From Saccostrea echinata (Eukaryota): a stretch of DNA of 64,000 nucleotides. The stretch is taken from positions 2,604,001-2,668,000 of the forward strand of contig NW_026889759.1 in assembly GCF_033153115.1 (NCBI RefSeq), written 5' to 3'. A model generated the notes under the pieces. That model had not been told where the DNA came from and searched no databases. It saw only the letters and a program-made list of their open reading frames with translations. Positions 38,441 through 52,294 of the stretch are shown in pieces. Every line of letters begins with the position of its first letter. The stretch's first letter is position 1. The translations under genes were made by a program, and so were the position numbers.

Positions 38441-41400
38441 TCATTTTTTCTCCATGTGGTCATACGTATCATGTGTCTCCTTTGTTTTCCTTGAGCGTCT
38501 ATCTATGTGGTCGTATGCTGTGTCCTCTGCATCTCCAGTGACGTCATCAGAATGAGTGATGTTTTGCTTATAGTCTGATCGGTCATAAACACTGCTGGTC
38601 AGATCTGGTTTCTGATTCTGTCTGGTCAAATGATCATATGCCGTGTCTGTGTCGTCTGCTGCACCAGTGACGTCAGATTGTGTGATATGCGATCTGTCAT
38701 AGATACTACTGTTTGGGTATGGATTCTCTCTAGTCACGTGATCGTAAGTGGAGTCTGTCCTTTGACTAGAGGTCCCTATATGTATAGATGTATAGTGTGA
38801 CTTTTTAGAGTTGGCTTGTTTGAATTTGGCATAGTCATATTTATGTTCAGAATCCGGCCGTATGGGACTTTCTCTTGTCACGGGATCATAGGTTGCTTTA
38901 GCATTTTGATTCCTATCAGTATAATCTGTGAGACTGTCTTTCTGCGTTCTGTAATTCTTCGTTTCAATCCAAGCCTTGCGGGCTTCCGTAGCTATTCTTT
39001 TCCTAGTAGTAAAAAGTCAGCATTTAGTTATATCTACTTCAAAGTAATATTGATATAAGCAATCTTCAGGAAAAAATATTAGACTTTTTACCTCAGCATA
39101 AAGATTGTGATTGCAACTACCAGAACAACAAGAGCAAACATCCCCAGAGGTAAATAAATGGAGACAATGTGATTTCCTCCTGTGGAAGACAAAAAAACGA
39201 GGTTTTCTTCTTTAAGAATATATGTATTAAAGATGAATATTATAGATTAAAGAACCCTAGAAAGCAGCATTTTAATAATGCAAACATTTGGGCAACATTG
39301 GAGACAACACAAAAAAAAAACTCATTTGACTTGCTGGATACATATTGCAATCCACATGAAAAAAAAATACCATTCGATATTTGTGATGGTTTATGGTGAT
39401 TTACCTTCGGGTGGTAGAGGTCTTGTAATTATTCTCGTTTCTTTTGAAGTAGTCGTTTTGGTTGTCTGTGTGGTTGTCTGTTGGACTTCGCACCAGGATG
39501 GCAATCGCGCACTACAGTTTTCGTTGTACAGTTGCATAGTCCCATCTTCATTAACAGTGACGGCCGTACACAAAGTAGAAATTTGTGGATTGTTAGGGAT
39601 AACTACAATGAAATATATGGAGATAACGAACAGTATTCAAGCTCAAAAGTCCATTAAACAATACAAAATAGGAGCAGAGCAAACACGGACCTCCAAACAT
39701 CAGAGGTGGGATCAGGTGCCATGGAGGAGTGAGCATCCCCTGCCGACCGGTCACACCCGCCGTGTGCTCCTTGCCATGATCGGGAAATAACGGAAAAATC
39801 CGCCGACAATTCAGTGTGTAAATAATGGCCTAACAATTAGTATGGAAAACGTCAGTCAGCATTTGACTCAATGATAAATTGTATTTGCTGACAAGGTCAT
39901 TGTATCGACCATAGAACTTACGAAATGATGACTTTAAACGAGACAGCTGATATTCTTGTTTCATCAACTTATTTGTCAATAATCTACCTCGTTTTAGAAA
40001 TTGTACATAGGTAGAGCAATACAAGTAATAGAGTTACATGTACTTGTTATTTAATGCATATCATGGTATTTGTAGAGCGTATTGTATTAATAAGGAAATT
40101 CCAAATAACGGCAATATACTGGTAGAGCAGTGCATAACCAGAGCTTATTAGAGGATAGGGGAAAGAAAGTGGAAATTGAGAATTACAAACTATCAGAGTT
40201 ATTTCTCTGCCAACATTGGCTCAAACATTTAGCAATGAAAGTCAACGAAATACATGTCTGACGTCACTTGCCTGTGTATGAGCTTGTACATGCTTTCAGA
40301 TCTGAATTACTGTGTATGTAAAATATTAAATAATGGATAATGAATCTGTATCTGTTGATATTATTATTGTATAGATAGAGTACCTACCCGTGTCAATTTT
40401 TGTGAATTCTCTGCGAAAAATTCCAACCCAGAAGAGAATGAGGCGCGAGGGATGAAGAACACCTCCAAAGGTGTACGTATCAGCGATTCTGTAATTAAGC
40501 TTGCTACACTCCAACACTGCCCCTGTCCAATTCATCCGAACTGTCGACGTGTAAATAACATCAACTGTAAAATAAAAAAAAATAAACACGCAATCCTTCA
40601 TATCCCCCCTCTCTCCTCAAAAGTATCCTAGTCCTTCTATCCTACAAAGTATGTTAAAAATTCCAGGGTCTTTGGATTATTATTCAGATATGATACTTGT
40701 ATAAAGTTTATCTTCTTCACATTTTCATAGAAATTTCAACCTTGGCCAAAATAATGTCAGTCTATAACTAAGCCTAGAAAGACGTAAGTACTGTCCAGCG
40801 AGACTGTTTAGTCTGTCCGCCTGCAAATTTAACCATTTTTTTTTTATTACTGTTGGAACAAAAATAAAGCCTGATTTCTTCTAGATAAGTGTCATATTCA
40901 ATGTTTTGGTTTCCAGGGTCAAAGGTCAAGAATTGCCACCAAAAGATTTTTTGTCACATAAACATCATTCAAAAACTAAGACGCGCACATTAGAAAAACA
41001 CATACAATAGCAGTTGGTGGTGAAATGTTAGGAAATTTTGATTTTATTATACATGATCCTGTGTGACAGACATAGCTAGCCACTAGCTGGTCACAGCGCG
41101 TCGTTTGGTAGGTATATGATGTCGTCAACTCATCCTCCTCACCATCACGGCTCTGTTGACCCTGAATGCATTGCAATTCCCCAGGCACAAAGGACTGCAG
41201 CTGGGTGTCTGAAAAAAATCATTAAAATTACATGAATCAAATATTGAAATTACGAACAGTCATCAAGCTCAAAGGTCCATAGTAAAAATACAAATCAGAA
41301 GCAGAGCAAACACGGACCTCTAAAAATATCAGATTTGGGATCTGGTGCCATGGAGGAGTAAGCATCTCCTGCCGACCGGTCACACCCGCCGTGTGCTCTT

Positions 41401-44400
41401 GTCATGATCGGGAAAACGGAAAAATCCTTAGACAATAAAAGATGATCAACATCCGTAGACAATAAAAAATGACCAATTTTGGCCTGATTTGAAAATAAAG
41501 TATTACAATAAAATGAAATTATTTTTGAAATAAGAATTTCTCCTTCATCACTTAATGGTGCATCTGGTATCTACTTCGACTTACTCTTTGATTTATATTC
41601 GGAAATTTTATCTCGAGTTAAGAATGAAATTTCAAAATATTTGAACATTTAATAGAAAAAATTGGCATATATTTTGTAATTTTTTTCAAAATTGGGGTCA
41701 AGGAAGTAAGATTAAAACTTATCTATAGCAAGAATGTTCAGGATAAATTCATTTCCTTGAATTATCATAACTGTATTGGATTCCCGAACTACATGTATAT
41801 AAAAATCCTTACAAACGGATTCTAGTAAATGTTCTACCCAGCCTCTTTCATTACTTCTCACAAAAATATTAAATGTTCTACCCAGCCTCTTTCATTACTC
41901 CTCACAAAAATATTAACAATGAAGGAGAAATTTCAGGAGTACATATTCTAGAAATGAAACTTAAAAACGCCAATGATCGTTTAGAAAAATATTTTTTTTT
42001 TTACTAAAATCAATAGCATCAGAAAGTACGATTTTTGAACACCTTACATAACTACCGGTATTGCCCACGATAAATTAAAGACGAAGCTTTTTTACACCAT
42101 ATAGACAACTGCTTTTTCAATAAAAATGGAACTCGTAAATTTAAATATCTTGTAATTGGTTATCTACACACTTATTTTGTTAAAAACATTCTGAGTCTAA
42201 TTTACACACAAGTACTCCGAAGTGCAAATCAAAAATATGCTTGAGTTTCTCATTGACATTATCTAAGTTGTTTTGTAAGTCCAGGTCCTCCAACAATCTG
42301 TTGGAATTTCCATGGGTAATAATCGTGCCCAATTACAAGCAGACTGACCTGTTTTTGTATTCATATGAAGCAAAATTTATTCAGAAACTTCTACATGAAG
42401 AGGAAAAGTCTCTTGTTGTGGCCTTCAATTTGACGTTTAGATATGTATCGACATTTAATAAATTAGCAATATTCTTCTTTGTTGCTACGTTGATTCGATA
42501 TATCCCTCTGAACTCGAATAAAAGGACATTACAGACTTTGATATATCTGTTTCATATTTGGATATTTTACTAAAAAAAGACAATGATGGTAAACTAGCAA
42601 CTAAACTTTATGATAAACGTGATGACTTCAACTTTTCTATCGTCAACTTCCCTTATTTATGTAGCAATATACAATTATCACCTGCATATGGAGTTTATGT
42701 CTCCCAGTTGATTTGATACGCTAGGGCATCTTCTACGTACGAACAATTTTTAAAACAAGGCAAGCTATTGACAAATAAGATGATGATACAAGGACATCAG
42801 CAGTCTTGTTTAAAGTCAACATTTCGCAAGTTCTGTTGGCGATACAATGACCTTGTTAGCAGAAAAAAAAACGTATTTGCATTTGTTCGTCACGTATTTA
42901 CATGCACTTCCATGCTGTTAAAGCTTCCGAAACACATTTGTACTTGTACGTTCAGTCTACCGTTCACGTACAATCTATCGTTGGGTGGAATGTTGACAAA
43001 CGTTTTTCATACAAATTAATGGGTCGTTATTTTTACTCAAAATTGCATGGCTACGGATTCTTCCGTTCACCCGATCATGACGAGAAGCACTCGGCGGGTG
43101 TGACTGGTCGACAGGGGATGCTTACTCCTCCATGGCACTGATCCCATCTCTGATTTTTTAGAGGCCCGCGTTTGCTCTGCTCACAATTAGTATTGTTTCA
43201 ATTGGTTTTTGAACTTGATTACTGCTTCTTATCTTTATGGGTCAAAATTCCGCGGTATCACAATTTCTGTTCAATCTGCGGGTAGACATTTAAGCGGATT
43301 TCTTAGATTACTTCCATATGCTCTGAATGTACAGTTCGCTGTTAACGAGTACATAACGTAAATTAATACCACGCGGAAAAGAGTACTTCTACAATCAAAG
43401 ATTTGTTATAGGTATGAAAAGATTTACGCCCCTTGGAATAAATTGATTCCCACCTATTTTGTCCTAGACGGAAATGTTTTTAATTGTGTAAAATCATCAT
43501 ATATTTCCCTCAACGTATAGAATGTAACACACATACATGTACATGACATCCATACTTTAATCTCTTTGACTGATTGATTTCTTACTTGTTGTGTAAAACA
43601 TAATATCTGTGGTTGCTAGATTTCCAAATGTCAAAGTTCCGCCACAGAAATCGGTTTTTGATCCATTACATAAGCGAGCTGTGCATTTGGTTACAAACGA
43701 TGGCATGGAGTAGATGCAGAAACAGTAATTTTCCTACAAAAATAAAAAAAAAAGTTGCTTATGATTTTCTTTTTTAAAAAGTTGCTAAAACATTGTCAAA
43801 TCAAAGAATATTTTTTTCTATAGAAATGTTTTAAAGGGTGGATGTAAAGGATAAGAAATTTTTTTTTAAACATAATAAAATCGAATTGAGTAACAATAGA
43901 GCGAGCACCGACAACCCGTAGATGGTAGTGGCGGGACAGCTTTCCACACATTTCCCCACGGTATCATTTCTTTGTAGTAGAATTCTGGTTGCAAATGGCA
44001 GTTGTGCTGTGTATACCGTGTAGCAACCTGCAACAACAATTAAAAACAAGATCTGCAAGATTTGCCATAAGTTTAATTAGTCCGAAATATCTGACGTTTT
44101 CCAGGCTTCACGATTTTGAGTTTTCCTTGCACGTAAAATATTAAAATCGTGAAAAACGCCTGGAAAACGTCAGATTTTTCGGGTTAAAATTTAATATGCT
44201 AAATACAAGTTTATAGTGTATAGTGTATTAACAAATATTACATTTTGTGATATAATATTTTACGCAAAATGAAAATACATGTGGTAATACCTCCACAACG
44301 TAATGTAAAAGTGCATGTAGCTCTTTTTCCATAATACTCATTCAAAATTTCCTGTGAATATAGGTTAAACCCAAATTTTGAAATTTAAAAATAATGACAC

Positions 44401-47400
44401 ATAGGCTTTTTCTTTTACCTAACTTTCCGATATACATAAATCCTGAATAATATATTGTTTTTCTGAAATTCACAATATGAATGAATGATGTATATAGTTA
44501 ACTCGATAGATAAAAAAAATGGGACCAGAATGCAATGAGATTAAAAAAAAAAATTTACTCTTCGCTAGACTTTTTTCTTCATATAATTTGTACACCAGAG
44601 CGAAACCTAAACTTTACAAGAATCCATGTGATCCATCATTTTATTTCCTTTCACATTGTGCTTTCATACATTTTCTAAATATAGACTTTCTCTAGGAACT
44701 GAACCTACATTAGAGACAGGATCATAGCAATTAATAAGCTTTGAATTGTAAAAAATAAATAAATAAATAAATAAAAATAATAATAAAAAGTACAAAATAC
44801 CATAATCTGCAATCTTATCCAGGATTCTTTATATTCGTTCATGCCTGTTAACAATAAGATATCCCTGGGAGAAGTTCACTTTATATTGGTGAAAAAAGAA
44901 ATGTCTCGGGGGGGGGGGGGGTGTTCCTTCCAAATAGACGGGCTTCTGGAAGAGGTTCTACTACATGTATGAGCTAGGATTCCAGGAGGAAATAACTAGT
45001 TTGGGAAAATGCCACAATAAGACGGTTAACAAAGTTATGAGCGGGTTAAACATCGTTTACAACTGTTATATTCCCGAAACAATTTAAAAAAAAATTATAT
45101 TAAGCATATTTTGGTTATATACCTCTGACATTCAGCCACTGGGTGTGGCCTCTGTAGGCTCCTATCCAGGCCTTGGTTTGGATCTCTTTTGACGAAATTT
45201 TGGCTGTTTGTAAAAACCCACGGACACTGGGTCCAAGGAGGGTGCAGTTGGATTTTGCTTCCTCCCATGTCAAAAGGTTATTGTTCAAGGAGGCTGTAAC
45301 TTCTATATAAAAAACATATTTTGAATTAAAATCATGGTTAATTCTTTCAGCAGTGAATTTACCCATCTTTCTAATCTATATACTAGGGATGTCAAATCGG
45401 TCAATTTTTGATAATCGGTTACTCGGACGTTTTTTCGATCGAGTACCCGGGTACTCGGTAAAAATGAAAATACAAGTTTGTAAATTTTTAATTGTTAATT
45501 TGTTAAACTCCAAAGCTGTTTTGTCACGTTTTATGAATGTATATACTTGTAAACATGAAGTCCAGTACTAAATTTATTTATTAAATATACACAAATGATG
45601 CAATAAATACATAAAAAATTACAAATGGTTTACAGTTATTGTTTAAGATCTATTTCATCAACGTAAAAGGAGGACAATCTGTTACGCAGGTTTGTGATGA
45701 TTAGAGTGGCGAAAGAGAAGGAACGGACGTTGTTTGGATTGCTAGTCTAATTTTGAAGTGGGTAGCGGCATTTCTGTGCACGTCCGATTGGTGTGTTCCC
45801 CGAACGTCTACTGGACTAAACCAACATCTAATTATCACACTCAATTGAGGGGCCCTCTGAGGGGTACAGGTAGGATCTACAATCATTTACGAACTAGCTT
45901 TACCTGTATTTATTGAAGGAGGAATTCTACAGCAACAATAATGTTTGGCATCTCTTCTGAAACATGGTTTCAGCATGGAAATATTGATAAAAGATATTTA
46001 TTGTTTTAACATGATTTTTTTTTTCAGGAAAAATGTAAAAATCTTGCTTTAGATACTTTTGATTTAATTTAGTTTTGATCTTCATTTCAAAGTATTAATT
46101 TTAAATATTATAACAATAAATAATTTCAAAATCTTTATAAGTTTGTGTCATAAAACTCAATCACAATATACATGTAATTTATTTTGGTAAAAAATTTATC
46201 AAGAAGAGTAAGATACGATTATATTTGAAAAAAAAAATCATTTTGAATCCCCCCCCCCCAACTTTAGATATTGATTCCAAACAAAGAGGTAGCAATGGTT
46301 TAAACAGTGGGAGAAGAGCAACCCCCCAGAGAAATCTAACAAGTAAAATTTAAATAATTAAAAAAAAAACCTTGAAAATCCTATTTTGTGTGTTCGTGTG
46401 TGGGAAGGGGTGGACTTTCTCTGTTTGTAGATTTTTTTTCAAGTGCTGGAATATTCGCCAACGCTCGACCTTACAGCAACAGAGTGTAAGAGGGGGCAAC
46501 ATCTAAATGAAAATTTACATATAATTAGATCTAGAGGAATAGACTATACTACAGGAAAAGTCTTTGCTCAGAAAAATGCCCCCTCCCCCCTTTTCGTTCT
46601 ATGGACCTGTAAATGCGATGTGAAAAAAGTTCTCCATGTTTAGTATAGATTAAACAAAGCTTAAAATGTTAAAATGTGGTGTAAGTGATGCTTCAATTAA
46701 GTGCCAAGTGTTAGGTTAAAAAAAGTTATGCTTAATTGAAAATAATTTATAATAAATTATTTATTACATGTACATGAAAAAATATTTAATTGTTTAGTGC
46801 CTTCAATTATAGCAAGTATTTAATCAATAAATCTATGCTTTAGTACACAGTTTTATCAGTAAATATTAAATTATTTGATTTTGACTACTTTGTTCAATCA
46901 AGGTAACACAGGTAAACTCTACCTGGACCCCTTAGAGGGCCTCTTAATTGAGTGTGATAATTAAATAGTTGTTTTAGTCAGTAGACGTTAGGGGAATAAC
47001 CCCTCAACCGGTAAACTCTACCTGGACCCCTTAGAGGGCCTCTTAGTTGAGTGTGATAATTAAATAGTTGTTTTAGCCAGTAGACGTTCGGGGAATAAAC
47101 CGTCCGATTTCACTGCCGTATATTAACTAAATAATTTAAGAATGAATGGAAGATAATAGACCATATTAATCGATGTTCACTGAAAAACAATCAATGAAGC
47201 CATAAAAAAATTAAGGACCACAACAGGTGAGAACAGCTGTGTACCAGGTGATTGGTCACTAATTACTTCGTATACACAGCCATAGGCGATAACGGGTGTT
47301 TACATGGAAAGATGATGACACGCTAATTACCCGTATGCATATTTATTTTTTGATAAGTTTTTGATGAAAATATGTACCTTGAAATAAGAAAATATACACA

Positions 47401-48508
47401 TCCGAGTAACCGAGTTTCATTTAGTATTTGATACTCGGACGTTCGATCGAGTACCCTTAACCGGGTACTCGTTGACACCCCTACTATATACAGAAGAAAT
47501 GGATGGAACTCATTTCCAGTAACTGGACAATTTTGCCCTGGAGGAAACAATCTCTTATAGTAGTTATAGGAAGAGGTGGGAAAGGGAATTCAAAGAACCT
47601 TCTTAGAGTGGGTATCCCCTTGAAACTTCTTAGAGAGGGAATTCCCTTGGGCCCATTGGTCCATATACGCACTCAGAATCTTTGCTAAAATTTTTTTTAG
47701 AAAAAAGAAAACGTGGACAACGTGTCCAAATCCGAAAAGCTTATGCGGGGGGAGGGGGGGGGGAGTTAAGACAGGTCGTTTTCCTTCATATATGACTTTC
47801 CTTAGGTGTCCATGTAGGAGTGTAAGAATGTAGGGGTGGGTGGGTTCAAGGTCATTTTGGTTACTTTACTGTTTAAACTTAATAACTGAAAATCTCAGAG
47901 TTAGGAGGGATCGGGTTTGGACCCCCCCCCCCCCGATACCCTCTAGATTCGTGAATGACAGAGAAAGACTTCGCAGAGAAAGACTCTGCAGGCTCTCACA
48001 AAAGATCATCACAATTGAATATAAAAATGGTCCATGTTATCAAATTCAGTTTTCTTGAGGGAAATATGAATATTAAGATTAAAACAAATACCCCAACTCT
48101 TTTTCTGAATATGCATACATATACATGTATATCATCGGCTTGCTGAGATAGGCTGGCAATTGAGGAAGAGGACCTTTGAACTTCTGTTATTTAACGTGCG
48201 AAAAACAGCATTCTTGAACATATGCTGAATATACTGTATTTGGTTGCGACTTCTAAATGAGTTCCTCGTCATTTACTTTCATTTTACTCTTAAAAAAATT
48301 AATTGCCTTTCCCACACTTTCACCAATGTATAATCCATGGGGATAGTCTTTGTTTTTAAAGAAAATGATTATACCTAGATACACGTAATACACTTCTGGT
48401 GATGCAATGATTACATAAGTATTATGGATGTTCTTCCAAATTATTACCTTGAGTTTTACAAAATCCACACCAATGCAGAAAGGTGACCACTAGTAGCCAA
48501 ACATACAT
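38441..48508 (-). CDS. Type-I membrane receptor, ~562 aa: signal peptide, degenerate C-type-lectin-like and WSC-like modules, Thr-rich stalk, TM, Tyr-motif tail; exons 48508-48448, 45302-45123, 44027-43909, 43733-43586, 41208-41053, 40564-40388, 39602-39405, 39179-39092, 39002-38441
   Basis: MYVWLLVVTFLHWCGFCKTQ; LTWEEAKSNC...AWIG; GCY...CVESC...YGLS.NYCFC...C...CGG; MNWTGAVLEC...FWVG...C...NCSARLPSWC; TM IVSIYLPLGMFALVVLVVAITIFML then RKR. All junctions are in phase, though the donors at 43908 and 41052 are weak. Confidence 0.8.
39620..40020 (-). mobile_element. 3' end of Penelope-like (Naiad-type) retroelement
   Basis: FLKRGRLLTNKLMKQEYQLSRLKSSFRKFYGRYNDLVSKYNLSLSQML* (RT C-terminus, no C-terminal endonuclease), followed by the conserved 3' tail. 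Confidence 0.8.
41250..41430 (-). mobile_element. Naiad-type 3' tail fragment
   Basis: Nearly identical to 39625-39810 (GCAGAGCAAACACGGACCTC...CCTGCCGACCGGTCACACCCGCCGTGTG). Confidence 0.75.
41700..43230 (+). mobile_element. Degraded Penelope-like (Naiad-type) RT pseudogene
   Basis: Frameshifted motifs YWIP.L, SSKCST.PLS, YDF.TPY, G.PMG, DLFLYSYE, KLYDKRDDFNFSIVNFPYLCSNI.LSPAYGVYVSQLI.YARA; 3' tail at 43085-43200. Confidence 0.85.
44082..44182. repeat. ~100-bp hairpin palindrome
   Basis: CCGAAATATCTGACGTTTTCCAGGC / GCCTGGAAAACGTCAGATTTTTCGG. Confidence 0.8.
45384..47483. mobile_element. Non-autonomous hAT-type DNA transposon, 2.1 kb, in intron 1 of the receptor gene
   Basis: TIRs TAGGGATGTCAA / TTGACACCCCTA; perfect 8-bp TSD CTATATAC (45376-45383 and 47484-47491); subterminal CGAGTAC/GTACTCG repeats. 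Confidence 0.88.
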
Positions 48509-48837
48509 TTTAATCGATTTATTATCTCCCGAAGACACAACAACGATGAAGGGTACTGTAATGCATTACTCGTTAATCTTAGTAATTCAACACGGATACT
48601 AAATCTGAGATCATTTCCTCCTTAGTACGAAAGTGGACAATCATCGTAAAATTGTGTAAAGAAATCCACACGATTATGAGTGACCACTCTCTCTCTCTCT
48701 CTATAATTTTTTAGGTTGGGGATATGTAGGTATACACTGGAGCAGGCGACACCTCGCATAATTACTGAACAATATTCTTCAATGTATACATAACCCTGAA
48801 AGCCCCCCCCCCTTTCCAAAAAACCTGTTAGTTACAC

Positions 48838-51064
48838 TTATTGAACAATTATTTTGGGTATTATCAAGAGATATACTGATGGGTAGTGACGAGTTTGCGC
48901 TAGCGAACAAGCTTACACTGATCAGAATATCACGTGATACCCAAAATAGTTGTTCAATAAGGAACTTTATCGTTTAAATGTCAATCATTCGGTCACACGA
49001 CCTTTTGATTTAATTGCACCCAATTTGGCAAACTTTTTTTCGCCCCATTATCATTTTATTTGCGCAACGCAGAGTGAGAAGATGAATGTTTATTAGCGAG
49101 AGAGCACACTGCTGGACCTATTTGACATTTTACAGTCCCTGCGGAAGAAAAGAAGAAATTTCTTATTGATACGGAATTGCTACCAGAAAACATGGATTTC
49201 AGTTTTTAGGAACATGTAGATATAAGTAATTTCAACTTGAATTTTCTGGATTGGAAACCGTCAGTAAATGAATCTACTAAGGCAAGTAATCGTTTTGTTA
49301 TAGTACGATATCAGAAACTGAAGTAAACGATTTTATATAGAATTGAAACTAAGTTGATGTTTAATATGGCCCGAGCATTCTATGTACAGCTTTTTTTTTT
49401 AATATTAACTAGGGAAATTTGATCAATTATACCAGATAGTACTAGGGAGGGGGGCTGCCTTTTACTTTTGTCCGATATTAGTATTTCACTTTTAATTTGG
49501 TATGGAAATTTACATTAAAAGTATCCCTTTCCACCCACCCACCCACAAACATACGAGATAAGTTTTTTTTTCTTCTAGTTTTGGTAGTTTTGTTTTTTTT
49601 CTTCTTTTTTGTGCAGGTCATATTTTCATAGACACCTCTTAATTGTGCTTCTCAATTATTTTCTAGCTACCCCACCCCATCCCCACTACGCTCGGTATGA
49701 TGTTTATAATTTTTTAAAAATCAAATCGACCTATTTTTTAACAACTACAAAATTTCATACAATTTTAAGTTACAAATGGAAGCTTTTGGATCTAATTTTC
49801 GATTTTCTGTATATACACGTGGTGTAAAAATGGCTATAAGGGTTATGTTTCTTTCTCTCTCTGTTTTATCACTTTGATCGTTCAATTAAATTATTATTGG
49901 TTAGCAGTTTAGATTCACAAAGTTTGCATGAAAAATGATTTAACAAAATGTTTGAAACGTTTTCCTTTTTTCTTTCTTTTTGTGTCATGGGTGCGATGAT
50001 TTTCCTTTGAAATTTGCTGTGCTTTAAATCTTGATATCATTACGGAGGCGGAGCTTAGGCTATGCGGTATCATGTAAGTCAGGAACTTATTGCACGTACA
50101 ATAACTTCCAAAATTATCTATTATGTACTATTTACGCTAGCAAAGAAAACAAGAAAACAAAAACGTGTCAAAAATTGTGTTGAATCCTGCAAACTTACTG
50201 CTTACTGCAGATAGAAAATTAAATCCAAAAGCTGTATATAGCTTGTCACTTTAAATTGTTTGAAATTAAAAAGCTGATTTTATAAACATCATAAGTACTT
50301 GGGGGGGGGGGTGTCCAGAAAAGAGTTCGGAAGCATAGAAGTATCTATGAAAATATCACACGCAAAAACAGGAAAAACAAAAACTACTAAATCTGTATAA
50401 ATAAAGGCATATTTCGAGTGTGTGTGTGTGTGTGGGGGGGGGGGGTATGCGACTTGTAATGTAAATTTTCATACCAAATTAACTATGAAATATTAATATC
50501 GGACATAAGTAATGGTTACATAGAACACCCGGGCAGTATTTAGATCAACTAAGTATAGTCGCAGACTCGCAGTCTTCTTGCAATTCTATAAGATCGTTTA
50601 CATCAGTTTCTGATATGCCGTTTATAGTACTGCTATTTGCCTTAGTTCGTTGTCCGACTGTTTCCAATTTCCGAAAATTCAAGTGAAAATTACTTATATC
50701 ATATTGAAATCTATGTTTTCTGGCGGAAAATCCATATAAATGAGAAACTTAATTTTTTCACAGCGACTGTAAAATGGCAAATAGGTCCAGCAGTGCGCTT
50801 TCTTGGTAGTAAACATCCATCCTGTCACTCCGCATTGCGCAAGTAAAATGATAATGGGGCGAAAAGGTGTGTCTTGGTGGAATTAAATGAAAAAGAAATG
50901 TGACCGAATGATGAACATTTGAACATCATACAAGTTCCTAATTGAACAACTATTTTGGTTATCCGAATAACGTAATATTCTGATGGGTGTGAACTCGTTC
51001 GCTAGCGCGAACTCGTCATCTCCCATCAGAATATCTCGAGATACCCAAAATAATTGTTCAATAA
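48838..51064. mobile_element. Foldback-type element with ~300-bp inverted arms, each ending in a ~125-bp hairpin
   Basis: 48838-49140 is the inverted counterpart of 50765-51064; terminal hairpins TTATTGAACAA...GCGCTAGCG...TTGTTCAATAA. Confidence 0.7.
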
Positions 51065-52294
51065 CTGTAACTTAATGTGTATATGTGTCATAACAGGTAA
51101 TTTTGGAAGTTATTGTACGTGCAATACCTTTCTGCCTTGCAAGATACAATACAGCTTTCATCCACGATACAATTTCTTTTATCAAATTTTAGAATTCTCG
51201 AGCACATGTTGCATCAAGCGACTTTTATAGTCAACACATACAACGAATGGCGCTCTATTATCTCAACTGAGATTAGGACTAGGTGAATATATCTCAAAAC
51301 CTCAATCTCAAAAATATAGTAGACTGTATGGGATCATTCTAATATATACACCTGCAGACATGTTTTCAGAGATATGTAAGTCCTATAAGTAAGGTAATCG
51401 AATCTACCCTTACCTAAGGTATATATCTGAATTTCTCCTAAAGTTAAACATTGCAAGTCTCGTCCCAAGATGAACTTAAAAGGTTCATAACTTTGTGTAA
51501 GCGTTTATTTTCTATAATTGCAAGGTTGTAATATGCCATAAGATGTTTATCCTAAGCAATAAATAAATTGAATTAATTTTAAAATTTTGGAATTTTTTGT
51601 TCACAACCTTAAAATTTGCAAAAAATAATCTTTCTGTTCTTTTCCCTAGTATGCATATTATGTTCTCATAATCTCTTCATTCTTTAGGAGAGAGAGATGT
51701 CCTATTTAATCATTATTTATTGCACAAGAAAGAACACATATTTAACTTAAAAGTTATCAAATCATTTAAAGTTATGTATCAACAATGTTATAATCTACAA
51801 GAAATTCCAACCTACATTCAATCTGAGATTATTTTTAAAGAAAAGATCAAGAATATATGTTATTGTTTTCTGAGAGACTGTAGACAATCTGAAAAAAAAA
51901 AACCCTTCCATATCTATAATTTTATTTATTCATATTTCATTCAAAATGACAGTTTAATAATAAAGCATCTATATCTGTAATAATAATACTAATTAAACAC
52001 AATCATTTAACCGTGCAAGTGTAGCTATTTTGCAATTATACCAACAAGTATATGTCTTTATGTTCATTAGTCCTGAATTTAAAAAAAAAAAACAAACTTA
52101 TACTACTGGTGGTACAGCAAAGTTAATATGATAAAAATCCTGTAAACATACATTCACGCACACAAATTAGAATTTGCTTGTTATATAAAATATTTTCTTT
52201 ATAAAAATATTTTGCCATTTAGGCTATTTATATTACTTATCAAATAAAAAATACAAACAGTCTTAGGTTGCATTACAATTCAAGTTTGAGAGTT

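Noticed and set aside
43085-43200. Hammerhead ribozyme or SECIS in the Penelope-like tails
   Set aside because: No CUGANGA...GAAA core was found, and the copies are too degraded to read in-frame TGA codons as selenocysteine.
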